NCBI GenBank assembly: GCA_964016885.1
Contig: OZ024745.1
Coordinates: 38,378,001-38,442,000, forward strand
Direction: 5' to 3'
Length of the DNA stretch: 64,000 nucleotides
Source: Eledone cirrhosa
Taxonomy: Eukaryota
How positions within the stretch are numbered: the first letter of the stretch is position 1; every line of letters begins with the position of its first letter. The translations under genes were made by a program, and so were the position numbers. Shown here piece by piece: positions 41,055 to 54,702 of this stretch. Under the pieces are notes generated by a model. The model searched no databases, had not been told where the DNA came from, and worked only from the letters and a program-made list of their open reading frames with translations.

Positions 41055-42537
41055 AGCATGTCTACACAGACACTGTGTCTCTTTAGTTTTATATATATCA
41101 TTTTTGTTGTTTTGGTTGATTTCCTGTTATGTTTATGATGTTCTTATGGCAAGTATAAAGGATTTAGTGATTATTATAGTATGAAGAACCTGCAATTTAC
41201 AGAATTATGCTCTATCTATTACGTTCGCAACCTATATTGAATCGAGATAGGCTCTACCTTTGAAGCTACCTTTCATCGATAATGCCATCATATTAGAATT
41301 ATAATACATTTAGCTCGAAAATATGTACGTGTACATTTTCAGAAGGTTTGTAATCACAATCCACACCGTCGTAATCATGATCACCCACACAAGGCCCATC
41401 CCACCCTAACAAGTATTATAACCGTTATTACTTCAATATACATATGGCCATTTTGCCATCAATCCTGAGATTATTATTATTATTATTATATTTTTATTAT
41501 TATTATTATATTTAGTGAGTGATCTCATTGTACAATCGAGCGTAACTGAATTTATATCCATTCAATATTATGTTTGACAATTTGGGGCCTATTCTACAGA
41601 ATATACCTTACATAATATATGCAGCCTAGCATTACTAGATCTTCTATATGGTCTGTGTTTATGTCTTTGGATTTGGGTTTTTGTATTTTTCTCATCCTTT
41701 TATTCCGAAACCACCTTTTACTCGATAGGTTCCTTCTTGTCTGAATTCCCAAGTTCCGGCTATATCTATATTCATTGAATGATATCAATAATACAGTTTT
41801 CTAAAATGCATGTCGATTAAAAATTTTATATTATTTTAAACATTTTATTATCAATATTATAATCATTGATTTAAAATTAATGTTAAAGCCATTAGATTTA
41901 GTAATATAATTAGTATTATTACTATTAGTTATTGCGCCATTATTTGTTATATTATTAATAAAATTGATATTATATAAAAGGATGGACTTAATGCATTGTC
42001 ATCAACATAACTGTGAATTTGCAGCGATGTCAGATTGCATTATTATTAATAAACGCTATAATTATCAGTACTATTAGAAATAATAGCAATAATAGTAATA
42101 ATCAACGGCGGATACATCCAGCATGGGGCTTCTGTCTAGAAACTTCAACTTGATATAATATATTATTTATTGTAGCCAAAAAAATAATTTGGAGCGTAAT
42201 TGGCTATAGCCCAGTCAGCCCAACCCACCTTTATCGTCACTGGTAATAGTATTAGCAATAGTAGTAGTATTTTAGTAGCATTATTATCAGTAACATGTTA
42301 GTAGTTAGAGCGGGAATAGTAGATATGTTCGTTCAATGTAGATATGTTGATGATATCGCAGCAGTAGTTCCAAATCATTCATCGGTAAACGTATACGCAT
42401 TGGTAGCAAAGAGGCTGAAGCTTCAGGACACATAAGGAAAATAAACAAAAGAAAAACATCGTGGGAATTATCTCGTTACGGTTCAAGTAGTAGCATTGTA
42501 TTGCATTGTTGTCGCTGTTGTTTTAATTTGTTGGATT

Positions 42538-42604
42538 GAGTAGTAGTAGTAGTACTACTACTAACTAGTAGTAGTAGTACTACTACTACTACTAGTAGTA
42601 GTAT

Positions 42605-42655
<51 letters not shown>

Positions 42656-42656
42656 A
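42538..42656. repeat. (TAG)n/(CTA)n microsatellite with repeated orientation switches
   Basis: tagtagtactactactaactagtagtagtactactactactagtag. Confidence 0.9.
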
Positions 42657-42782
42657 TGTATTATTATTAGTAGTTACTGGTGTTGTTTGAAATAATGTTA
42701 TTGTTAATCAGTAGCACTAATTAATAAGGCTGGCAAAGAGTAAAATATTTAAAATAGAGAATTGGCCATCTATCACATACAC

Positions 42783-42912
<130 letters not shown>

Positions 42913-43218
42913 CATATATATATATATATTTATATATACATATATATATATATATATATACATATGTATGTGCATATATATAATTTTGTAGATGTCTGTG
43001 TATGGATATTGAATTCATGCAAAATGAATGTGTTTGTATGAAATTGATGCATGTATAGATGCATTTAATAATTGAATCCTTTTGTCGATTGAGCTACTGT
43101 AAGTCAGATTGGAAAAAAGCTATTTAAAGAAAAATAAAGTTTTCTATCTGCAATTTAAACGGTGTGATTTTCACTCCACACCAAATAAAAATGCTAGATA
43201 TGCTTTAGTAAAACATCT

Positions 43219-43351
<133 letters not shown>

Positions 43352-43460
43352 CAGATATATATGTATATATGTATATATACACATATATAGATATAAGCAT
43401 ATATATATGTATATATATTATATATTTATATATATATATGTATATATATTTATATGTATG

Positions 43461-43527
<67 letters not shown>

Positions 43528-43556
43528 AAATGTGTGTAATCCTTGGTACAGTTAGG

Positions 43557-43685
43557 TATATTAAGACAGGGGGGAAGAAAAAGTGGCTTCACTTGTGCTT
43601 TCAACAAATTTATTTTCTTCTTGAAGAAAATAAATTTGTTGAAACCACAAGTGAACCCATTTTTTCTTCCCCCTGTCTTAATATA
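43557..43685. repeat. Near-perfect ~128-bp palindrome with a 2-nt loop
   Basis: tattaagacagggg...tattttcttc TT gaagaaaata...ccctgtcttaata. Confidence 0.9.
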
Positions 43686-43698
43686 TATATATATATAT

Positions 43699-43776
<78 letters not shown>

Positions 43777-43905
43777 ATATTCATATGTGTGTGATTGTGA
43801 GTGTGTAACATGTATCGTATTTAGATTTAAAGACAACTTTGTAAAAAATATTTTTATACATACTATATATTAATTTATGTATGCATGTACATATATATAT
43901 ATGTA

Positions 43906-43966
<61 letters not shown>

Positions 43967-43972
43967 GTGTCA

Positions 43973-44081
<109 letters not shown>

Positions 44082-44141
44082 CATATGTGTGTGTGTATGT
44101 GTATATATATATATATATATATATACATATATATACATATA

Positions 44142-44230
<89 letters not shown>

Positions 44231-44315
44231 GCATGTCTGTAAAAGTATATATCGTTATATATGCGCGCGCATGTGTATATTTGTAGCACAGTTATATAAA
44301 CATTTATAGCAATAC

Positions 44316-44352
<37 letters not shown>

Positions 44353-44834
44353 CACGTAACATTAAATATTAATGTATTCATGCGCGCCATAGTATTTCTA
44401 TGTGTGTCTGCGGATGGATAGGTGTAATGAAGCATTCCTAGTTATATGTATACAATTGCAGCATTTATGCATGCGCATGGCTGCGATCTTTATGTTTCAT
44501 ATGAAGCATTGTTAAATGTATTATTAATAACAATAGTATTTGTGTTAGTAAATTCATAATGTGGTTGCTCGCGCCTGTCAGAGTTTTCACACGTGTTACA
44601 ATTTTTTGTTTTTGTAGCTGCGTTTCTTGCAATTTTGTTTTTGTTGTGTTTGCTCTAGTTATTATTTTAGTTATAGTTTTGCTGTTGTTATTGATGTTCA
44701 TAGTTCTTAAAGCAGCTGCCATTTCGGTTGATATTTTCCTCAAAGCACTGCCGTTTCCTTCAAGATTCTGCTGGAAGCTGACCATGATGCCTCTGCATTT
44801 TTGATGAGGATGGCGTGGCAAATTCTTCCCACAC

Positions 44835-44889
44835 TCAGATTTTCCTTATACGGCGAAGCTTGCTTCCTAATCTGTATAAAGTTGATTTA
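44835..44889 (-). CDS. Candidate terminal coding exon of an unknown host gene (KSTLYRLGSKLRRIRKI*)
   Basis: Acceptor ctctcttttaattttttgttgcag; phase matches the 46820-46850 micro-exon; followed by unique, UTR-like sequence. Confidence 0.4.
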
Positions 44890-45321
44890 CTGCAACAAAA
44901 AATTAAAAGAGAGAGAGAGAGAGATAATAAATAAATGTCATTGTTTTAAATAAAATCACGAAATTTGAATTAATATAAAATTTATGTAAATGTAGAAGAC
45001 ACCTGCCTGCTTCTCTGTCTCTTTCTCCAATTCTTTAACTCTCTTCTTTCGATCCACCAACTGTCGTATTAATTAGTCATACCAAATGATGGCTGGTGGC
45101 CATGTCGTGGCATAAACATTTTTAACACACATTCTATAGTCACCAATCTTTTGTTGGCTATTAATCAATGTGGGAATGTACAGCCACACCCCATATGCAT
45201 ATATACAAGCATATATATATAGATGCTGGCCTTACTATTTAGCAGCTCTTTCTAGCACTGATGGAGATTATCGTTAACTATTCATGTTGATTTAGTTATT
45301 AATATTAATATTACTTGGGCA

Positions 45322-45444
45322 CCCACTGAAGATGTGTAAAAGCCCACTTGCATAAGAATCCATCGATCTTACGCAAGCTTCTACACAGCTTGGTATAATT
45401 TCACCCACCGTGTAGAAATCTTACAATGAAACGATTCGTTTGGG
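45322..45444 (+). ncRNA. Hammerhead ribozyme with branched stem II
   Basis: ccca-CTGAAGA(45326)-tgtaa...ttaca enclosing two hairpins-GAAAC(45428)-gattc-GTT-tggg. Confidence 0.75.
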
Positions 45445-45625
45445 AAATGAGATCTTTAATATATCTCAAACAAAATAATACAGCCAATTATCCACACGAT
45501 ACAATATAGTTAGCACTCCAAACGTTTAATTGGGAATATACTCCGGTATTTCCTAATGTTTGTTGAGTGAGTTGGAAATTGGTCGGAGTATCGCTAATAG
45601 CTTTCTCCTTTTATGTTATTATGTA

Positions 45626-45685
<60 letters not shown>

Positions 45686-45723
45686 GGTGTAGAACTAAGC
45701 AGCGTATAATTATAATAATAATA

Positions 45724-45825
45724 ATTGTTTCTACTTTTGGCTCAAGGCCAGCAATTACCCAGTATATTACTGCTACTTTATTTTATCGACACCGTAAGGA
45801 TGAAAGGCAAGGTTAACCTCGGCGG
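45724..45825 (-). mobile_element. SINE 3' half
   Basis: Same core and tail as 25941-26130, next to (AAT)n. Confidence 0.85.
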
Positions 45826-46459
45826 TATCGATTTGTTATGTTCTCATTACGTTCATTGAGTAGTGACGTGTGTGTCGCTATTGACCAGCTCAAGTTTCGA
45901 TCTGTATCGAACTGGCCCGACTCTACAATCAAAAGTTCGTCGGACGAGTATTTGAAAAAAAGCAAGAAACTAAACTCCTTTGTATTCCTTACATAGAAAT
46001 AGTGAAACATGGATTCGTTTATTGCTGTAGCGTTTATAGAAAGCTGTGTTGTTCTGTAGGGAAGTATACCGTAAATCCAATACTGCTTCGTTTCTCTCAT
46101 TTCTAAGCAGAGCGGCAAAAATCCATAATTGAACAAGCCTTACATATACACACACGCATATATATATATAGGCACTCACATATATTGACTGAAATAACTA
46201 TAATAACATAATTCCAGAAATTTAATCAGTGGTACCCAAAGCTTACTTAGACGCGTCTTTGAGCGTCTCCACCTGTTCGTACACACCCACATCGTCTTCA
46301 CCTCCACCACATCTTCATATCGTTCACGCTATTCCTCTATTCATGCTAAATTTTCATTGTGTTAATACATGGAAGATTAGATTATATATGCTTTCAAGCA
46401 GCCCAGTTGCAAATTGTACACTAGGTCTTGGTCGATTAGAAATAATGCAGTATTACAAA

Positions 46460-46667
<208 letters not shown>

Positions 46668-46819
46668 CGAAGGCAGAGGAGAGAGATAATTCTAAAGACA
46701 AAGGGAGATACTGAGAGTAGTTTGGTGAAATGGTGGAGGTCAATAATGTCGAAGTAATCAAATACATGTTCTATAATTTCCCATGAAACACCAGATTTTT
46801 TCTCATTTCAGTATACTAC

Positions 46820-46850
46820 CTTGACGGAATATTACGAGGCAATTTTTCGC
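46820..46850 (-). CDS. Candidate 31-nt micro-exon (xEKLPRNIPS)
   Basis: tctttttctttcag|GCGAAA...TCAAG|gtagta; open in the frame that continues into 44889. Confidence 0.4.
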
Positions 46851-48529
46851 CTGAAAGAAAAAGACGAATGTACAAAGATATCAAAGGATATTCTGCCAAT
46901 GGGTGAAAAGAAGACGAATTAATTGTTATGGTTATGTACCTTGGTGTAATTCCAGACACAGTAACACGAAATCCTCCCTAGATTAGCCATCAAAGCTTTA
47001 TTAAAATACACCAGTGTTATTGGATCTACATCAAACTATATCAAAACATTCTAATGTGAATTGATCTAAAACACCAACTGCAACAGCATTAACAAAAAGA
47101 AACAATGTGGTTTGACATAATCAAGCACATTGGGAGAGGAATCAGTATTCCTTTTCATATTAAGTTATTTTATACTTAACAGTTGAGTGGTTAAAAAGTC
47201 TGCTTTACAATCCTTAAATCCCTCATTCGATATCACTAGCTGAGATCTTGAACATATATATTTGCTATAACCTAGCGTCCGCCCAAACCTTGTTTGTGAA
47301 ACTGGGTAAACGGAAACCGTGTGGGATCTCGTTAGTATGGATTGCACTTCTATACATCAATGGTACACGCTTGACTCATATAGTTTAATCCTGATTCAAT
47401 TTGGTAAAATTAATACGTGATCAGGCATTAAGGATGCTCAATTCCTTCGAGGTTAATTCCCCAGGCGACTAAATGCACACATTTGAAACTTCGGGGGGAT
47501 CCGTCATCTTCATCAACGGTAGTCAATTTTTTTTGTGATCAAAGATATAACCATCTCGTTTTAGACAGATATACTGCAGTATCAAGAATTTTATTAAGCA
47601 GTTTGTCTTGCCTTTTATTATTGGGAAAATGGTTAGTGTGACATACAAACTGCATTACAGTATATATTCAGGCTCTTTATGCACTGTTCAAATCCCACCG
47701 AGCTCAATTTGCTTTTCATCCATCTGATGTCCATAAAATAAGGTATCGCTCAACTACCGGGCTTAAGATAATCGATATGTCCTGCAACAAATTGCTGACC
47801 TGATATCTAAATTAAAAACAAAACAAAACAATAATATGACAGGTTATGATTCACGAATATTTAGCTGCTCCTTTTAGTAGATGAAACCTTCGCTCAGTTC
47901 TTCTAAAGTTTAAAAGTTTAATGAAGATGTCAAGATGTGTACTGTACTAGGATACTGATAAAACTGTCTGTTTCCAGGATATCATGCATGCAGTTTATGG
48001 CGAAACCTGCCATTCATAATTCATGAAAGAAAAAGTAGGCTTCAAACAGTTTGATAAGAGGCATGTATGTCATATTATTAAATTATTCATTGCTTTCAAA
48101 ATTATTTGAAACTCATATGCTGTGAGTGTTCATTAGATATATGTTAAAATTAGATATATGTTAAAATTTAACTAATGTGATCATTCAGTTTTCATATTAT
48201 ATTTACTTTTCAATAATTGGTGGTTATCACTATAAAGAATCAGTCAAATAATGATGTCAATTTAATCTGCTAACATATTTACCTGAATGTGTGAATTGGT
48301 GTTTATATCACAAATCAATATTATATTTTATATTTACCTCTGTTCAAAATGATTTTGCCACGGAAATAGGAAAAAGAGAAACTTCATCAGATCAGAACAA
48401 AATATTACGTTTTAATTAGACATTCCATTGCTAATATTATCTGAGAGAGGGATGCGAGATGTAATCTTTGAACATACAAACACCGTCCATGAGACTTTTT
48501 CAACAATTCTACTTGTCAGGGACTTCTGG

Positions 48530-49241
48530 ACCGGAACTACATTTACAAACCCCAACGATATGAAGGGAAAAATGACTTCGACGGGATTTGAACTGAGAAC
48601 ATGTACCGCAAAATGTTTTCTCCCACATTCTAAAGAGCGCCCAATCCTTCACCCTACTAATAATTGTTTCTACTTTTGGCACAAGGCCAGCCATACCCAG
48701 TGTATTACTGGTACTTTATTTTATCGACTTATGTAAGGATGAAAGACAAAGTTAACCTCCGCGGGATTTGAACTCAGACCATAAAGGGCCGTAACTACTA
48801 ATAATGGTTTCTTATATAGGCACAAGGCCAACAATTTTGTGGGAGGGGAAAGTTGATTGCATCGACCCCAGTGCGTGACTGGTACTATATTTGATCGACC
48901 CCGTAAGGATGAAAGGCAAAGTTAACCTCGGTGGGATTTGAACTCACATCATAAAGGGGCGTAACTCTCTGCTGCAAAACATGGTGTTCCACGCTCTATG
49001 ATACTGCCAATCCACCAACGTCGATCATCACCCTACTGATAATGGTTTCTGATTTAGGCACAATGCCAACAATTTGGAGAGAGGAGAACGTTGATTTAAT
49101 CGACCTCAATGTGCGTAACTGGTTACTTCATTTTATCGATCCCGTAAGGATTAAAGACACAGCTGTGGTCGGAGGTATTTGAAATCAGAATATATGCCGC
49201 AACAGTTTTATACGACGTTCGAAGGATGCAGCAAATCCAGC
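48530..49241 (-). mobile_element. Head-to-tail array of ~4 SINE copies
   Basis: Units at ~48530, 48660, 48800 and 49040, each with a (tcgacccc)gtaaggatgaaagg..ggatttgaactc-like core, joined at taataa/tactaa motifs. Confidence 0.85.
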
Positions 49242-49246
49242 AAAAA

Positions 49247-51689
49247 ATAATGGTTTCATAATGGGGCCGACACACAGGTGACAATACAATAGATGCGGAC
49301 AGTGGGGTTTTACAGAAAAATCGAGTAAAATCTAGGAAAAAATTAACAATATACAGGAAAAATACAACAATGAGAATCCCCCAATAGGTGGGAAAACCAC
49401 CCAGGCTCGTTCCGAGATTCGTTCATGTGATGGGTATGGTGATAGTGGTGTTGATGTTGGTGTTTTTGGGGAGATGTTTGCGTGGGTGGTTTCTGTATTT
49501 TTTTTTGTGGGTGCTTTTCGGAGTTTTTTCCTTTGTGTGTTTTCTTTTTTGTTCTTTATTTGGAATCTTTTTTTGCTTCATTTTTACTACTCGAACATAA
49601 GAGATCTATGGCTGTAAGTCTCTCTCTGTGTCTGTGGATGTGTTTATGTTTTGTTCATGTGTGCATTTTGCAGGAGGAGGAATGGGAGAATTTCCTCGTT
49701 TCATCCCTGTTGGTGGCGGAGTTTCCATTAGTGTTTTTGCTGGTGGTTTTGCCGTTGCTGGTATTGATGGTGTGTTTTGTTGTTGTGTTTGCGATGTTGG
49801 TGCTTGTGGTGGTGGTGTTGAAGGTGTTGTCGCCGGTGGGGTTGTCGCCGGTGGTGATGGTGGTGCTAGTGTGGGTGGTGATGGTGTTGGTGGTGTTGTT
49901 GCTGTGGGTCTCTTTGCAGTAGACTTTACCCTTTTCTCATTTCTTTCCTCCCTTTTCAAAGGCGACGATGCGCTGCTTCTGCGTTTGTGCCTTCTTACGA
50001 CCTTTTGCCATCTCTCTCCCACCTCACACTCCATGTCTGATTCTGTGAGGTCGGGGAGGGGTACCAGCTCCACTCTTTCACTTGTTGTTGTTGGTGATGT
50101 TTGCACTGGAGTCTCCGTTGCAGCTGCATTTGGTATTGCTGTTGTTGTTGTTAATATTTCCACTGCTGCTGCTGTTTTTGATTTCCGTGGCGTGGGTATG
50201 GGTGCCACGGATCTATCGTTCCTGGTTGCCGCTTGTCCTGTTGCTGGTAGCCGTGGAGCCGGTTTCGGAAGGAGGGGGGTTTTCTCCTTTCTCAGGGTCT
50301 TCTCGTTGCAGAAGGCCCTGAGGTGAGTCTTCGATCCACAGCGAAAGCATTTCGGGCGTTTTCCCTCAACACTTATGGGCAGTTGAGTGCCGTTATCGAA
50401 GTCTATCACATCCGGGATAGCTTCGATGCACTCCTGGTTGGTTTGGATTAGCATCTCAATGGAGGTGCCGACCCAATCTTCTCTTACTTTTTTCTGTACT
50501 TGCAGTACAGTTGTTTTGTCCTCGATTCCGACGAGGACAGACGCGACAAGCCAAGAAGGGCCCATCCCGGGGGGGACGTGTGTCAGTTTGACCCTCACAA
50601 TTTTTTGCCCGCAGTAGGAGGGCACCAACACCATTTCCTTGCTCCTTAGGGTCACTACGGATTGGGCCTTTGCCTCCTGGGGTGTGTCAAAAAAGTACGT
50701 CTACGGTGGCATATTTTTTGCCTCGGGTGATGTGCGTTTTCCGCTGCCACACAGACCCCAAGGCTTTTTGTATTTGAGCCTCTGTGGCTCTTTCCACCCT
50801 ACGGGATTTTGTAGTTACTGTACGGTACGTGACCGTACAGTGCTGTTGGGTTTCGAAAAATGTTTCCGCTGCCTTGCAGATTGCTCGGTGTCCAGTCTTT
50901 GTCACCATCTTCTTCGCTTCCTCTAATTCCTCATTTATTATGAGGATTGTTTCCAAGTTTTTCGCAATACCTGCAAAGGAGATTGGTTTTTCTTTGCTGA
51001 TGTTGTTGTTGTTGTCGTCAGAGCTGCTGTTACTTTTGTTGTTGCTGTAGGTACTACGACTACTGCCTCCGCCGCTGTTGCTGTGGTTGTTGTTGGTGTT
51101 GCTGCTGCTAATGCTGTTGTTGTTTATGCTGCTGGTGATGCTGTTGCGGCTGCTACTGTTGTTTTCATTGTCACTGTTGCTGTTGTTATTACGGCTGCTA
51201 CTGCTATTATTCCTGACGTCAGACGAATGAACTGGGTTTTCGTATTTCCCGCACACCTGTTTCGTCGCTGTCGTCGTCGTCGTGGAGAAACCTTGCACGC
51301 TTTGCACGAGACTTTTCTTTTCTTTCGTCGCTTGCGAAAGAGAAGGGAGGGAGAGAGACACATTTAAAGAAGGGAGGGAGAGAGACAATCTTCTCTCTGC
51401 TGTAGTGATGATTGAGGAAGAAGAAGCTGGAATGAGTGGGAGTGACCCATGAAATTTCTTTTTCGTAGCCATGTTGTTTTTTTTTGTTTAAAATAAATAT
51501 TGGGTACAAAACCCCAATAAGCAGTTATTTAACCCCGAATGGCCAAATAACGGACAGAGAGACCCCTCTCACGAGGAGGAGGGTGTTTTTCTCTACAAGT
51601 TCGTTAAAGTTTTAAACAATTTACAATTGTTATAGTGTTCAAAATTTACAATACCTTACAGAGCCGAGCCTCCGTCAAGCATAGCATTC
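49247..51689 (-). mobile_element. ORF1-only non-autonomous LINE (HAL1-like) related to the Tx1 element
   Basis: 5'UTR starts at (TTA)n; ORF1 homologue; 3'UTR motif cctattggggratt shared with 54.8 kb; no APE or RT. Confidence 0.8.
49606..51472 (-). CDS. Gag-like ORF1 protein with zinc knuckle (one frameshift near 50690)
   Basis: ORFs 50687-51472 plus 49606-50655; CFRCGSKTHLRAFC (CX2CX4HX4C); TVTYRT..KSRRVERA and LVPSYCG shared with the ORF1 at 59.2-59.8 kb. Confidence 0.85.
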
Positions 51690-51721
<32 letters not shown>

Positions 51722-51723
<2 letters not shown>

Positions 51724-54650
51724 GAAATGGAGAGTGGAGTATGCCAGGCAAACGAGCCAGTGGGAAATGAAGGTGAAGAGGTTGAGGGAACGGAGGAACA
51801 ATCCGACGCAGACAATGAACCGAATGCTGAAATAAATAATAACTGGAACAGAGATACGTCCATTGAGGAAAGAATGCTGTCGGGCAAGGAAAAGAGTTGG
51901 TTGATATCTTAAACTTAGTGGTAGATGAAATGAACAATGATAGTGGGAAACCTATGAACCTAAGATTTGTAGACAGGAAAAAGTTAAAAGAAACAACAGT
52001 TAGGCTAAACAAAGTCATCCCATACATTGAGGCGAGGAACCTTCACCAATGCAACAATATCCTCAAAGCAACAGCAAATGCGGTGAGGAAATTACTTGGC
52101 ATAAAAGCGAGAGGAAACAACAAACAAGAAAGATCAGAACCTTGGTGGAAGAAACGACTGAATGGTCAAATCAGGGAAATGAGAAATGACATTGGAAAGC
52201 TTGAGTCCCTACTGAATGGGACACTAACAAATATAGACACTAAACATAGACTGGAATTAAAGTACAAAACTAGGAGGAAAAAGCTATATATTATCATAGA
52301 AGAACTGAAGCAACGCATTGTAGCAAAGAGTGCAAAAGTTAGGCGATACGAGAGCAGAGTCAGTCAGTATAGACAGAACCGCATGTTTAACAACAACCAG
52401 AAGATGTTGTTTGGACAGCTTGAAGGGAAAGAAAGAGGCAACGACTTGATCCCTGAGGCGGAACAAACTACGACATTCTGGACAGGAATATGGGAACAGG
52501 ATGTTAAACATAATGACAAGGCAGTGTGGATTGAGACAGTACAAAATGGGATTGGTGAACAGGCACACCAACAAACTGATTTGAGTATCACTGTTGAAAC
52601 TCTTAAGGGGCAGGCCAAAAAACTAACCAACTGGAAATCACCAGGCTCAGATGGTGTGCAGGGGTATTGGATTAAAAATATAACATCCCTCCACCCGAAA
52701 TTGACAACCATGTCTCTCCGTAATGTGGAAACTGTACTGTTGACAGCATTGTGTCTGAGGAAATCTACCATCAGCTGCACACAAACAACTTGTTACCGGA
52801 CGAACAGAAAGGATGCCGAAAGAAGTCCCGTGGTACAAAGGAACAGTTACTTATTGATAATATGTTAATGAGGAATTGCAAGAGGAGACACGCTGATCTT
52901 GCATGGGATGGATAGACTACAAAAAGGCATTTGACATGGTGCCTTATTCTTGGATCACCAAAGGCCTAGAGATCTTCAGGGTGGCAAATAACATCAGACA
53001 GTTGATGAGCAAAAGTATGAAGTCCTGGAAAACAGAATTAACATCAGCTGGAGAATCCTTGGGAGGCGTGAAGATCAAGAGTGGTATCTTCCAGGGAGAT
53101 AGTCTGTCCCCTCTGTTGTTTGTCTTTGCCCTGATGCCCCTGACCATTATACTGCGAAAAGTGAGATGAGGATACAAGTTGGGAAAGGGAGAGTTACCAT
53201 CAATCAGCTCCTCTTCATGAACAATCTTAAGCTCTTCGGGAAGAGTGAGAAGGACTTGGATGTGCTTTTCAGCAATGATATATGCATGCAATTTGGTATT
53301 AGTAAGTGTGGAGTCCTTGTGATGAAGAGGGGTAAATTGAGCAGAAGCAACGGAATCCAGGTACCGACAGGTGAGATGATAAAGGAAATTGACACTGAAC
53401 AAGGATACAAGTGTTTGGGTGTTCTGGAGGCTGATGACATCAAGAACAAACAAATGAAGGAATTGATAAGATCTTAATACATTCGGAGAATAAGGAGTGT
53501 ATTAAAGTCACATCTGAACAGTAGAAATGCCGTAAGTGCAGTAAATTCCCGAGCTGTCTCTATTATTAGGTACAGTGGGGGAATTCTGAGATGGAATGTT
53601 GCTGAACAAAAAGAAATGGATATGAAGACTAGGAAGCTATTTACTAACTACAACATGTTCCACAAGAGGAGTGATGTCGATAGACTCTACATAAGGAGAT
53701 CTGAAGGTGGAAGAGGTCTTATCAGCATAGAGGACTGTGTTCAGATGGAGAAAAACAACCTAAACAAATACGTGACCGATAGTAAGGAGACAATGCTCAG
53801 AATTGTACTCAAAGAGAGGACAAGAGACCAGGGGATGTCCAAGGAGGAAATAACAACAAGGAGAAAGAGCAGCCTTCATGAAAAATCCCTTCGTAGTACC
53901 TTCTTCTAGAAAACGGAATTCAGAGATCAACAGACATGGAACTGGTTGAAAAGAGGAGACCTTTAAAAGGCTACATAAGGAATGCTAATGGCTGCGCAAG
54001 AGCAGGCCCTCAAAACGTAGTGGCTGAAACACCATATTTACAAGGAGGAGGCTAGCCCACTGTGCAGGATCTGTAGAGAGAGAGAAGAGTCTGTGTCTCA
54101 CATTGTATCCGAGTGTAAACACCTATCCCAAACTCAATATAAAGGCTGGAGACATGATGTGATGGGCAGGGTGTTCCACTGGAACCTATACAAAGTAAAC
54201 AATTTACCACATTCTGAGAAGTGGTATGAGCATAAGCCAGAATCGGTGATAGAAAACGATTTGGTGAATGTGCTGTGGGACTTTAGGATACAAAGGAAAA
54301 GAAACTGGAACACAATAGACCTGACCTGGTAGTTTTGGCCAAGGAAGAAAGATCGTGCCTTTTTGTGGAGAAAATTAAGGAGAGGGAGAAAATTAACCGA
54401 TACCAGGACTAAAAGTGGTAGGTAAAAAGGACTTGGAACTGCCATGAAGTCAAAGTGGCCCCGATTGTCATAGGCGCACTAGATACTATCTCAAGGATTT
54501 TCCAGGGATGGTTAAAGAAGATTAGTCCAGCCCCGCTTTTTGGAACACTTCAAAAGGCACGCTCGAATATCTGAGGCTGCAGGTAGCAGCTTGTTATTCA
54601 TTTCAACAAATTTCCAGTTAAATAACATCAATGACTGAGACTCAAAGAAC
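51722..54650 (+). mobile_element. R4/Dong-clade RLE LINE (decayed, internal RT deletion) flanked by (AAT)n
   Basis: EELKQRIVAKSAKVRRY, WKSPGSDG, WIDYKKAFDMVP, GIFQGDSLSPLLF, FMNN in place of YMDD, RSEGGRGL, CRIC..HIVSEC zinc finger, LWDF and RPD-like RLE motifs. Confidence 0.9.
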
Positions 54651-54653
54651 AAC

Positions 54654-54702
<49 letters not shown>

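Noticed and set aside
44465-44821. 118-aa minus-strand ORF
   Set aside because: Non-ATG start and no recognisable domain; more plausibly 3'UTR of the candidate gene.
45880-45950. Minus-strand CCGACGA...GAAAC...GTC hammerhead-like motif
   Set aside because: Core mutated and no convincing stem I pairing.
48530-49241. CRISPR-like or tRNA-array interpretation of the repeated units
   Set aside because: Units are 130-220-bp SINEs with A/B boxes, no cloverleaf, no unique spacers; eukaryotic context with no cas genes.
49388-50326. Hydrophobic Val/Gly-rich plus-strand ORFs (also 58673-59258, 59952-60233)
   Set aside because: Antisense of Thr/Pro-rich LINE ORF1 regions.
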